NCBI RefSeq assembly: GCF_006345805.1 | Contig: NC_042999.1 | Span: 119,102,001-119,166,000 of the forward strand | DNA: 64,000 bases | Direction of reading: 5' to 3' | Source: Octopus sinensis | Taxonomy: Eukaryota | Shown: piece by piece, positions 52,016 to 64,000 of the stretch | Layout of the letters: each line of letters opens with the position of its first letter | How positions within the stretch are numbered: position 1 is the stretch's first letter | Made by a program: the position numbers and the translations under genes | The notes under the pieces: model-generated | What the model saw: the letters and a program-made list of their open reading frames with translations, nothing else | What the model was told of the DNA's origin: nothing | Database searches by the model: none

Positions 52016-53830
52016 ATGCCACAGATCTACAGAAGGAAATCAAACCATGGGAGTGATGTGGTATTGCTTAATCAAGCAGCAAAAGCAATCCAAGAGAAGA
52101 ACGGTGTTTGGGCTGCTGCATGAGCCTTTGATGTAGACCAAATGACACTCAGATATTTTATGGATAGACAGAAAAGTGATCCTCAAGGAGAAAGTGGATA
52201 TAAGAATTGTCATCTGAAGAATATAATATTTCTTCCAGAAATGGGAAGCAATCTAGCAGATCATATAAAAATATTAGCAGCAAGCTATCAGGGGCTTTCC
52301 AAAGGCAAATGTCAAAGCTTATCATATGAATATGCTGTAAAGAACTGAACTGATGTTCTTGATAATGAGAAAGCAAACAAAAAAGCAAGGGGAATTTTCT
52401 GGTTGGGCTTCAAAAGTCACCTTAACCTTTCCATTCACAGCCCAGAGGCAACTTCATAAGCATGAGCTACTGCATTTAATCATCATACTGTGGGCCTATC
52501 TTACAATAACCTGGCCAAAGTAATGGATCAGCACAGATCTGAAGTACAGGACATATACAATCTTGATGAAACAGGATGCCATACTGTACAAAAGCCTGGA
52601 ACCATCATCACTGAAAGGGACGTCAAGCAAGTTGGCTTAGTCACATTGGGTGAAAGAGGTGAAATGGTGACTGTTGTTAACACTATCAACGCTGGTGGTG
52701 GAGTGCTTCCGCCCTTTCTGACTTTTCCCCGCATAAACTATCATAATCATTTCAAACATGGAGCACCAGTGAGCTCAAACAGAGCAACCACCAGATCAGG
52801 ATGGATCAATGAAATAACTTTTGTGAAGTACCTCAGATGTTTTGTGAAACAAACATGTTGCTCTCCAGACTGAAAGGTGTTGCTCATTCTAGATAATCTT
52901 GAAGTTCATGTTTACAAGCAGCAGTTGGAAGGTAAAGGCAAATGGCATTGTGCTGTTATCAATCCCCACATATACATTTTATAAACTTCAACCCTTAGAC
53001 AAGGTGGTGTATGGACCATACAAAAGAGCCTGCTTACGAGTGATGGATGGGTGGATGTGATCCAATCACGGCAAAACGGTGTCCATCTATGATGTTCCTC
53101 TGTTAGGGAACAAAGCTCATGTGTTGGCATGTGTGCCATGCAATATTCTTGCTGGTTTTCAGAGTGCAGGAATTCTGCCATTCAATAGTGACATATTTTC
53201 GGATGGAGACTATGCATCAGCAGATGTCACAGACAGAATATCATGCAGTTTCAGACCCAAATGGAAACACAGCAGGCCCAGCAAGGAACTTTGATGCACC
53301 CACAGCAGGCCCAGCAGGGAACACTATTGTAAACACTGTGTCTGGTATTATAACTCCGGATACTGATCCATCATCTTCATATGCATCACCCAGAGATATA
53401 AGGCCAAAAGAAACCCCTGGAAGATGAAAGCTTCCAACAGAAAGCTAGGTTGTGCTTAAATACTTATTGAGCCAAGAAATGCCCTGTCACAGCAAAGAAA
53501 TCTCTATTCACAAAGACCACAAGAATCATGAGCAAAATGATGCTATAAGATGACTGTACATCATCTGGTGAAAGTGAGTCCAAGATGGAAATAGTTTATG
53601 ATGACACTGATGACTCTCGAGGAGACGACCAGAGTATCATTGAAAGTGATTTTGTCATAGTCAAAGTCCCTGGGAAAAAATCGAGAATCTTTCACTACAT
53701 TGCTAGAGTTGATGCCTTTGAAGGTGATGAGTTTGAAGGAGTTTCACTTCATCAGGTGTTGAGCATGAACGACCATGCTACATTTGGTGTGGATGCCAAG
53801 GATGAAGCACTTTAGTCAAAGTCAAATATC
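52016..53830 (+). mobile_element. Decayed pogo/Fot1-type DNA transposase (HTH + DDE_1)
   Basis: MPQIYRRKS...AAA*AFDVDQMTLRY...LSIHSPEATS...IYNLDETG...GERGEMVTVV...PPFLTFPR...SGWINEITF...VLLILDN; stops and frameshifts present. Confidence 0.9.
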
Positions 53831-55286
53831 ACAATCATGTGAACATTAACTTGTCACCATATCTACAACAACAAGGAAAGATTGAAGGCGGCAGACATTG
53901 CTGTACATACAATTCTTAACACCACAACCCCTATCTTTTTAAGCTATGATGTTAAAAAGACTGTTAGCTTAGGTGTATCTTTCGTTGCTAGAAGTAACAA
54001 AGCCAACTTTCATCTCTGAGCAAAGTCTTTTCTTCTTTTGAACGAATAATTTCGGAACAAATTTTATTCATATCCTTTCATGTGAGTGATTCCAGCTAAT
54101 TTCCATTTTGAAAATGGCGACTCCACATAATATTATGGATATTTCCTGTTCAGATACTTCTAATGCAGAAGCTTACTCCACTTACTTTCATCAATCCCAT
54201 TTCCTATGAACTGGTAAATTTTTACTAGACGACTGAAGACAAAATTCAGCCTCTGACAGACACACACAATGGAACTTGCCTTGTTATTTTGCACACTCAA
54301 ACTCTCATTGCCAAAGTACTTGAAGAAATCGTTCATTGGTGCATTCAACAATGTTCTTTCAAGTTAGCTGCTTAAATGTGGGAAATCAGCAGCTTTCTTT
54401 GTCAATAATGCACTAACACCATTCCTAGGAAGGAAGACCCTTCACCATATATGCCAATCTTCAACCAATAACCTAAGCATCATAATCCGACACGGATGAG
54501 TATCACCCAACAGACAGCAAACAGTTTGATTATATTTTACATTTTATTGTAAGTATATTTAACATCAAGGGCGCTGAAAAATTTCTTCAGCAGAAATAGC
54601 AGAATAACATGGAACAGACAGTTTTCACAGCCCAGTAGAGTCCGGCAGCACAATGAATTGCAACCAAACTATTTTGCACGTGTAACTTCACAGAAGAGAC
54701 TGTTGAAAAGTTTAACTGTGCATGTTTTTATATTTACTTTTTACTTTGTTTCTATTTTTTAAAAAGGACAAAGAAAATTCACCTGCCCTGCAAAACATCA
54801 TTCGTTCACAAACACATTTATATCCTTGAAGCAGACATGTTCAAAGTAAAGAGATTTTTCTTCAGACTTCTCTTACAGTCAGTTTCACATACACATCCAT
54901 ATTACATGGCCTTCCATATTTCTGGCCGATTATACACCATGTATGCATTTATATTGCTCACTGTTCTCGTAACATTCATTTTTAAGAGCTGTTTTCTCTA
55001 TTTGCGTGTGTTTCTCAGAATTTTGCAGATATGAACTCTGAATGTAGACAATGCTTTATTTGCTTTCACCTTGTTGCATGTTCTATCTTTGTTTTGTTTT
55101 TGTAGTTTGTATTTTAATATTTGCCTTGTTTGCTGTATTGTCAGAGTTGTAAAATTTAGACTTTACTGAAGTATTTATGTACTATTCACTTTTTATGTAA
55201 ATACTCCTCTAATTGTTTCACTGTTTCTACATTTATGTAAAGAGCTGGAACAACAGTAGCAATCAACCACACATAATGATCCATGG

Positions 55287-55329
<43 letters not shown>

Positions 55330-55658
55330 AAAGATGGAAGTGGAAATAGCACAGAATTAAATCTAAGACATTTCAGTTTAAGAGGGAACTTAATAAATGA
55401 TTATAAAAATAAAAATATTAGCTTTTATTTATAAAATTAATTTCTATTTATATAATCTTTTATTAAATTCCCTCTTAAACTGAAATGTCTTAGACTTAAT
55501 TCTGTGCTATTTTCCCCTTCATCTTTTTTTATATATAAAAATTTGATGTGTATAGATCTCTAATCTTTTTTTAACTATATATATATATCGAAAGAGAGAG
55601 TGAAATAGGTAGATAGATTGATAAGTGAATGTATCTATATAAATGGGTGTGTGTCGGC

Positions 55659-55712
<54 letters not shown>

Positions 55713-55777
55713 GTGTGATTGGAAAACAAAAGGAAAGTGCACTCAACACATTTCGTAGGAATAGCATGCATTATTTA

Positions 55778-56180
55778 AAACAGTTTGATACAGTTACATG
55801 TGACTTAAACCTTTGCAGGCCTCTAAGAGAAGCCCATCTCTTTCAGGCTTTGGATTACCATATGGAGAGATACAAGAAGTCCAAGATGGGTTGCAGAAGA
55901 TAGGCTGCTATTGGTCAAGGCAGGTCACATGGCATTGACAAAAAATATCACTTGCTCAGGAATGAAAGTTCCTTTCCCTTTCTAAAGGAACTGTTGTCGC
56001 TGAGCAAGTGATATTCCTTGTCAACACCATGTGACCAACCTTGACAAATAACAGCCTATCTTTGGTAGCAATCTTGGACTTCCTGTATCTGTCCTTACAG
56101 CAATCCAAAGCTTGAAAGAGACGAGCTTCTCTTAGAGACCTGCGAAAATTTAAGTTGCATGAAGCCATATCAGACTGTTT
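55778..56180. repeat. About 400-bp imperfect palindrome (foldback element / MITE)
   Basis: Arms 55778-55975 and 55984-56180 are reverse-complementary along their length, e.g. ATATCACTTGCTCAG / CTGAGCAAGTGATAT and AGTTCCTTT / AAAGGAACT around an 8-nt loop. Confidence 0.92.
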
Positions 56181-56195
56181 CATATATATATATAT

Positions 56196-56603
56196 AGGCG
56201 CAGGAGTGGCTGTGTGGTAAGTAGCTTGTTTACCAATCACATGGTTCCGGGTTCAGTCCCACTGTGTGGTACCTTGGGCAAGTGTCTTCTACTATAGCCT
56301 CGGGCCGACCAAAGCCTTGTGAGTGGATTTGGTAGACGGAAACTGAAAGAAGCCTGTCGTATATATGTATATATATATGCGTGTGTGTGTTTGTGTGTCT
56401 GTGTTTGTCCCTCTAGCATTGCTTGACAACCGATGCTGGTGTGTTTACATCCCCGTTACTTAGCGGTTCGGCAAAAGAGACCGATAGAATAAGTACTGGG
56501 CTTACAAAAGAATAAGTCCCGGGCTCGAGTTGCTCGATTAAAGGCGGTGCTCCAGCATGGCCGCAGTCAAATGACTGAAACAAGTAAAAGAGTAAAAGAG
56601 AGT
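56196..56603 (+). mobile_element. SINE family A, full length, young
   Basis: AGGCGCAGGAGTGGCTGTGTGG...GTAAAAGAGTAAAAGAG; flanked by (TA)n. Confidence 0.95.
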
Positions 56604-56776
56604 AATATATATATATATATATAGATATACGGAGATGTACTTGCATAGCAAGTGACTTGATCTGAGATTGTGTGCTGGAACAAAAACAATTGCAACGTGG
56701 AAGGTGTTTATAAGCCATTTAAGAAACACACAAAAACCATTAGATTTACTTCAGCATTTAAATTGCAGCATGGAAT

Positions 56777-56827
56777 TTTGTCAGTGAACAGGTCACGGTC
56801 TCAAAGTGACGAAAATATTTTGACAAA
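56777..56827 (+). ncRNA. Variant minimal type I hammerhead ribozyme motif (G3-C8 core)
   Basis: tttgtca-GTGAACA(56784-90)-g-gtcac...gtgac-GAAA(56811-14)-atat-TT-tgacaaa. Perfect 7-bp stem I, 5-bp stem II and palindromic stem III. Confidence 0.65.
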
Positions 56828-58289
56828 TTAAATGTAGATGTGAATCTAACGGTTTTTGATATAGATATAGATATATAGATATTCAATTTTAATCCTAAAC
56901 GATGAAATACTCAAATGATACATGCAGATAACCAAAGAAGTGCTACTGCGTAAGTGACAAAGTAATGGCCACCTTCTTCACTAACTCTGATTAGCCCTAC
57001 TTTTGACAGGCACCTGTAAAATATTTTTATATCAAGAGATTGCAAATAAAATATAGAAAAATATACAGTAATATGGCATATTATATCAGCATTATATACT
57101 TCCATCTTGCTTTTCGGCAATAGCGCATAATATATTCATAGGCTAAAACGACAGCCATAAATCAGTAAATGAATAGCTTGTGTCACTTTAAGCCATTATA
57201 TTCAACACCTAAATCGATTATATATTACATAATTCACGCCATTATTATCATAATTTTCATATTTTACTATAATAATCGTGCTGACTTCCTTGTATTTTGT
57301 TTCTTATATGTCATTTATTATTATAATGCTGCTTATTTTTCATACATTTCAAAATTTAATGTGTTCTCAGTTTACAAAATCGAAAACGAAAGTGAAACAA
57401 GTTTAAATTTAATTATATAACGACAATAGACAATCATATTTAAAAGGCAAGAATAACAAAAAAAATTATATAAAACACGAGCCAGTAAGCAAGAGATATT
57501 AAAAAGAAGGGTAATGCATCCTTAATATTTTATCATCAATAAAGGGCCAACCAGATCAGTCAGTCACCGGTTAATAGTATATTGTCGATTAGAAACTCCT
57601 CTTGCTTCTATGATAAAGGTCAATGAATTGTGAATCCTAAAAAGGTTAGTAACCGTTTAATAAGTATGTTGACTTCTCACTTTAATTGTCCACTTTTTAT
57701 TGACTATTCTCTTTTAATGGGTTGTTATGTAAAGAAAGTAAGGGTACAGTATGGCCAAATAGTTTAAAATTTGGTTTCGTATCCATGAAGTCCTGTATTG
57801 GAACCCACTGTGTGACATTTTGGATATATGTCTGTGTGTTGATGTTGCCTAGGATAGAGGGGAAATGGTGTAAGAGAGAAAATAAAGGATTAAATATTAT
57901 GCAAAGCTGACTCATTAGTGCTAGTCAAATGTTGACATTTGGCTGTCAGTTTTGTTATACTCAAAATGTGAATCAGGAGTGAATTCTCAAAAACTCCCCT
58001 CCCAGCCCCTGGAAAATTTTTTTCCCAACAAATTCCGATATAACTGGAATCTATACCATCTGGAGCCTTTTTATCAAAAATTTCATAAAAATATCCATTT
58101 TCTGGAAGTCATGAGGAAACAAAATTGGTGGGTACACTTGTGTTGCTATGACAATGATCAGTAATACCCATTTAAAGAACAGAGTCAAACTGTCTACTTG
58201 ATTTTGGTGGTTATTTGCACTTATAGTAGATATTGCTTTATTTTGGTTATTTTGTACCAAAATTTATTTCTAGTCAGTTAAATGGTCCA

Positions 58290-58445
58290 CTGGATGAACC
58301 ATTATCTGTTTTGGCTCTTTATGCTCTGAGTTAAACTCAATGGTGGTCAACTTTGCTTTTCATTTTATCTAGGTTGTTAAATTAATGTACCACTCAAGTA
58401 CTAAGGATGATAGTATTGATGTGCCCTTCCTCAAAATTGCTGGCA
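58290..58445 (+). mobile_element. SINE family B relic
   Basis: CTCTGAGTTAAA...GGTCAACTTTGCTTTTCAT...GTACCA. Similar relics lie at about 59395-59475 (-) and 60200-60330 (+). Confidence 0.55.
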
Positions 58446-60989
58446 GAGCTAGCTACACTACATCCCTGAACTTTATTAAAACACCTGCTGACACCTTTTG
58501 TAGCCATCGTTTTTAGGATGCATTTTGGTTAGGCATTGTCAGGCAAAAATAATTTTTGCATTTTCTCACCTAAAATTGAGAATATTTGCAAAGCTGTTTT
58601 TAGAAGCTTATAAAAATTCTGGAATTTAGTTTCCCATAAATTTGCCTCTTATTGTGCCAGGAGGGTGTGACATTGAGCCCTCACTAAGACATCTCTTAAT
58701 TCTCTTTAACAATAATATTAATTTAACAATGATTATGATTCCAAAGAAAATAAGAATTGTCTGTCATTTTTAAATCATCATCTGGTCTGCTGCTAAAATT
58801 TTAAATCTCACTTCAAGTTATTCCAAGTTTGGTAGGTGAAATTTGGGGCATGAAAATAATGCATAAGCCCATCAGATAGATCGAGCCTGTTCCATAGTGG
58901 TCGATGTAATCCATCACCCTGTCAATGACCACCTGGTCATTTGGTGCTTTTAGTGCAGTCTACTTTAATGTAGTCATTCAGATCAGACTCGCAGTCAGAG
59001 GATAAAATACTATCTCGATATACTACATCCTATAGCAGCATCTTATATGTTGTGGTTTCTTCTTTCTTTTCCATTATTACCTCAGTGCTCCTTAAAAAAG
59101 GTCATGAGTGCTGCCTTTCCTTCGAATGAGAAACTGACAATTGTGACTTCCCGTATGTCGGAAATAGAGGCTAAAATTACATAACTTCAAAAAGTTTGTA
59201 ACCTTGTTTTGCTTTTAATTTCTACAGATAAAGGTATGGGATTTTTGTCATCAAGTATGCTAAATTACATCAATGTAAAAAAATTTGAAAAAATTCTGAT
59301 GGTCAGAAGAAATTTAAAAAGATCCAGTCTATTGTCTTCTATTATAACTCCATTCACATCTGAGATGCATCATAAAAATATAAATCAACTACAGGACTCA
59401 ACTGGTGCTTCCGTTTAATCTATCGCAGAAGAGTGAAAAACAAAGCTGACTCAGTGGAATTTGATCTCAGAATGGCAATCATATAGTAGGCAATTCCTCG
59501 ACATATCATGTTCAGTCAAACTCTCCTTGTTCCTTCAATATTATAGATAGTTTTTACCATTGTGATTTATTGGCTAAATCACAAGAAATATATAATAAAT
59601 AGTCACTCTATGTTCATTGTTTTATTTTTGTTTTTGTGTTTGCTCATTTCCTGCCTTTAAGCTCTCATCTTGACAAATCTCGTGATAATTAGAAATTAAA
59701 ATGCTGATACGTCTAGATAATAGAGAAAAATGCCCACTGACAATCGAATCATGCAATATCTCGTGATTGTACCCTAATATAATTTTATTTTATTTGTTTG
59801 TATATTTGGCTGTCATGGATATTCTTTATAGTGGGCTGGTTAAAATTTGATAGTAGTAACATTTGACTTAACTTTTCACTATAAAATAATTAGTTACTGA
59901 AATCTTGAAATCTTTTTTTCCTACACTCACAGTTTTCTGAAAATACTGCACACTAATCCATTTACGTCATCCTGTTCCAATGAAGAATTTGAAAGTTTCT
60001 CACTGAGGATGTCGAAAATACTGGGAGAAAATGTTGAAATTTTACCCTCAACAACACAAAGTAACATTTCTGTTGTCAGTAGTTATTGACAAGGGACAGA
60101 TGCCAGGGCTAAATGAAAATTCTATAAAGATAAGTCAGAGATAGATTAATTTTTTAATATTTTCCCCAAACTGTTTATATCATATTATGAAAGTGATGAG
60201 GTAGTTGAGTCATTGAAATGTCAGTCTTGATATAGTCATTCTGGTTCTCTGCTCTCTGAGTTCAAATACCACAATGGGTAAATTTGCTTTTCATGCACTT
60301 TAAATTGATATATAAAGCTCTGGGGTTTAGTTCTTGATTGCTTCTTCTCTTTCTCTGGATCATATACATAATTCAAAGGTCCAGTCTTATTACAATGCCT
60401 CAAGCTCATTCAGCTAGAAAATTATGTTAAGGATACATTTGTATGCAAAATATAACTTTCACAATCAATTTGAGATCATTGTTAGGTAGCAGGGTATAAC
60501 AACATTCTTGTTATTATATTGTTATTTTAATATATTATTTTACTTATTATAAATTTAAATTTCCAATTATCAATGTCTAATTTTTTGCTTCGAATTTTCC
60601 AATTTTAATTTCCAGTGTCTAACTCCTAATTTCCAATTTCCAGTTTTAATTTTTCATATTAAATATTCCTTTTCCTCCAATAAATGACTGTGCTTGCTGT
60701 TCCCTAAATTCCAATCTCCGCTCCTCTCACATCAAATTTGTACTCCTGTTAATAGGCTCTTTCATCTTCATTGATTAGGTGGGTACTGATTTTAGCTTGG
60801 ATATAATTGCACTTTCATTTATATAATATTTTGGTAAATAGCGGCTTTGTTTAAAAATTTATTTTCGAGTGGTGGATGCATCTATGGTGGAGGAGGAACT
60901 CCCTAAAATTGCAAGGAATGAAGACCATTCAAATGCAGCTAAAGTCCTATATTTCATGTACTATGTCAAGAAAAAGTTGTTTTCTATTT

Positions 60990-61700
60990 TTTAAAAGCAA
61001 TTTGTTCCTGGATTTCAAACAGTTAACAAAAAACTTGAAGTAGAACACAAGATCTCACTAAATTATTGAATAATCTTCAGCATCTTATTGATACACTCAG
61101 TTCAATAAATATAATGCTAGAGAAAAAACTAAATGATTCAGTTATTTAGGTTGGAAGCCATATCTTAATTATCAATTTGAGAAGGAAATCCCTGTATAAA
61201 TTTACTCAGCAAGAAGAAAATAAGATAAGACTGATGCATAAAACTTGTGAATGTTATGGATATTAAACAATGTCTTCCAGAAAACTTCCGTTTTTCACAA
61301 TTAACAACTTATTTTAGTGTAACAGATTGGCTTAAACCAATAAAAACCCGGAATTATAGACCTTGCAAAGCATTTTACCAAAGATTCAGAGATTTTGACA
61401 AAAGTTTACTTTCAATGGAATTTCAAGTTAGTTTTGACACTTCATTTTACCACATCCACATGATGATATGGAGAGAATGTTTAGCCATACGGGTTTTATG
61501 AAATCAAATAAGTGTAACTCTTTAAGCATAGAAATGCTAAGAGAAATCTTGAATACCAAATATGGACTAAAACCAATGGTAAATGTTGTTATGATTATAA
61601 ACTACCTAGTGAACTGTTAAAAAAATTGAATCCATGGAAGTTTATAGTGCATGTGAAAGTGCAGCTGTACATCAAAACTGATCAGGAAATTTTTGAAAAT
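60990..61700 (+). mobile_element. Decayed hAT transposase C-terminal region
   Basis: IKQCLPENF...LPHPHDDMERMFSHTGFMKS...MLREILNTKYGLK...GKCCYDYKLPSELLKK (compare LPHSNAxxERxFS of hATC). Confidence 0.7.
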
Positions 61701-61949
61701 ATTCTGCAGTAAAAATCAAAGGTAATTATGGTATTTCATTTTAATTTAATTGAGATTGAAAATTTTAACACAAATCTTTTGAGCTTTACATCAATCTATG
61801 GTGAATTTCATTTTTTTTTTTTTTGCTTAGGTGCTTTTCTTTTTTGCTACTTTAAATTTTATTTAATGCTTTTTAGTACCTCTTACTTATCAAAATAGTG
61901 CTTTTTAAACTTTGATATTGACAACCCTGCCTGACAATCACATAATAAA

Positions 61950-62458
61950 TGTGTAGTAAGCTCGAAGCCAAGTCAACAGATAGCGAAGTTTAAGAATTCA
62001 TAATGCAACCTTGTCCACATGAGAGGTTGAGTTATTGACCAATCAGCAACCAGACTTCACATGATAGATCATTCTTGATCCCATTGGAATATCATAGTAC
62101 AAGGGTTATAAAAGGCTTGCTTTTAGCACTAATTTTCAGTGTGTGGCAACGGGCAGTCCAGTGCTCACACATTCTCTTGTCATTATCATAGTCATTTTAA
62201 CAACTTCTGCTCAACCTGGATATATCATTAGATTTGTCTGTAATGAATTTAATGTGTATATTTTCTCCTGTCTTGGCAAGCCTCACTACAGAGCTTTTGT
62301 AATCACTACTTATGAGTGCTGCAGAATTATTCTTTCAATTATGTTGACTTGTGAAAATTTTCTAATTCATGACCAACCTGAATATTGCTTGTGCAGTGAA
62401 ATAAAGTCTCCTATTAAATGTTTGTAATGAGTTGTTATATCATTCACGCAGCCTCACA
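61950..62458 (+). mobile_element. Candidate solo LTR
   Basis: Bounded by TGTG...CACA, with CCAAT (about 62039), TATAAAA (about 62107) and AATAAA (about 62400) in LTR order. No TSD seen. Confidence 0.4.
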
Positions 62459-62504
62459 TGCATACCATCAGGACAACAAAAGCTAAATTTTTTGATGTGA
62501 ATGG

Positions 62505-62505
<1 letters not shown>

Positions 62506-62554
<49 letters not shown>

Positions 62555-62564
62555 GTGTGTGTGT
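62506..62564. repeat. (TG)n microsatellite
   Basis: Direct reading. Confidence 0.96.
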
Positions 62565-63349
62565 AATATATAAGTATGTTCATTTTAGCACGTGAGTGAT
62601 AGTTTGACACTTCTGGAATAAATGTAGAACCCTGTAGCTGTTCCTTTTGGGTCTGCTAAGTATTAAGTAAACAGCTCTTTATATTGGAAAGACGAGGCCC
62701 TGAGAACTTGTTCATCAAACAGTAAATGCACCAAAGGAAAACAATGTAACTGGCTGAAAATAGCCAATAAAAACATTGTCATGCAATATACCACTTCTTT
62801 GTAACAAAGATCATTCTGATCTCTGCCAAAATTATGTCTGTGATAATGGAGTCACAATACAATTAAAGGGTGCACTGAAAGACTTGTGACTGACCAAGAC
62901 AGATCTTGTATCTATACATATGTGTGTGCATATTGGTCTGTGTGTATGTGTGTGTGTGGGGGTGGGTGTAGTGGGGTGTGAGAGAGAGAGAGAGGAAGTG
63001 TTGGTAAATAAAGAAGATAGAAAAAGATTGATAAATGAAGAAAATAGAATAGGAGTTAGTAAGGGAAGAAGATAACATAAGAAATATGATACGTTGTTTT
63101 CCTTTATCGATGACAAGTCATACTCGACTGTTTAGGGGATAACAGCATAAATAATGTACATGTAAGTGTAAAATATTCTTTTTAAAGCAGTAGATTTGTT
63201 ATAAACCAAGGTTTTGTATGTATCATTTAGGCCAGTTTACATGTATTTAGGACAGATTTAACCTAGTGCAAAAATTAGTAGGAAGAAGTGGTAGGTTTGA
63301 ACTGGATTGAGGTCATATTGAATCCCATGTTTTCACAACTGCAAATGAA

Positions 63350-64000
63350 AAGTTAGATGTACAGAAAGAAGGTTACAATGTTGGAGAAGAACTGCCTTGG
63401 TGAGATATTAGTTCATATTTTTGATTGCTTTCTACTCAATCTATACTGATAGACTTTTAATCTCCTTTTACACCAGCAATGAAGTAGTTGGGAGATGTCC
63501 AAAGCACTTTATACAGAACAGAATATGGTGATTGATGTAGGTTTTTGAATTGCATAGAAAATCACGTAAGCACTGCTGAATATTGGTTGATATGCGTCAA
63601 CGAGGAGTGCTGAAGATATAAGTTCAAAGTCAATGAACATAGATTACAAAATCCAGAATATCCACAGAAGGGGCGAACATAATTACTTGACAAGTTAATG
63701 CTTAAGTATTACCATGTACAAGTTCGGTTGATATTCAACCAATTTCATCCCTAATCATGGAATATCCAGAAGAGCATGTACTTTTATGAATGCATGCTTT
63801 GAGAATAGATTTCAACTGTTGATAAAATCTCTCAACCACGCTACTGGCAACGTGCCTGTAAGCAGTTTTGGATGCCTCTTTGCAAATCAGATGTGTCAGC
63901 TCATTGAAGAGGTTGGATGCAAACCAACGTTTTCAATCTATTGTGACTTTTGAAAGTATGCTAAATGGTTCAATCTAATGCTTGGTAGTTGTTTCTGCTC
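63350..64000 (-). mobile_element. Decayed Ty3/Gypsy integrase (continues beyond the window)
   Basis: Minus strand reads KVTID*KRWFASNLFNELTHL...KTAYRHVASSVVERFYQQLKSILKA...STELVHG (compare TTDRGxQF...TAYHPxxNGxVERFHRQLK...AELVYG), then a degenerate GPY-like motif. Confidence 0.78.

Noticed and set aside
53860-54700. Coding-like decayed sequence on the minus strand (ORF 54160-54351), possibly a SWIM-bearing transposon
   Set aside because: Motifs are too eroded to assign; needs TBLASTX against Repbase/Dfam.
55643-56240. Two similar ORFs on opposite strands suggesting a gene pair
   Set aside because: Explained by the DNA palindrome; the starts lie in microsatellite or SINE sequence.
58440-59160. 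Possible very old Gypsy RT on the minus strand
   Set aside because: No intact YxDD or other conserved box could be read.

Overview
AT-rich, repeat-saturated eukaryotic DNA, either intergenic or intronic. I could not confidently identify any host protein-coding exon. The tRNA-headed SINEs, (CAT/GAT)n-tailed RTE LINEs and dense (TA)n/(CA)n/(TATG)n tracts look like an octopus (cephalopod) genome; this is pattern recognition, not a database result. The window is a graveyard of decayed mobile elements: two hAT transposases, two mariner remnants, a pogo/Fot1-type DDE_1 transposase, R4/Dong-type and HERO-type RLE retrotransposons, a gag-like ORF1 remnant, a Penelope (RT + GIY-YIG) element, several RTE pieces, a Gypsy integrase, MITEs and about 15 SINE copies. 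Most listed ORFs are microsatellite read-through. The most interesting signal is non-coding: a set of minimal type I hammerhead-ribozyme motifs with short palindromic stem III. Two of them (43907-43962 and 56777-56827) each sit inside a short inverted repeat next to (TA)n, and the second has a compensatory G3-C8 core swap. A roughly 400-bp foldback palindrome (55778-56180) and a head-to-head SINE pair (39576-40422) are also notable. Element boundaries were read by eye and are approximate.
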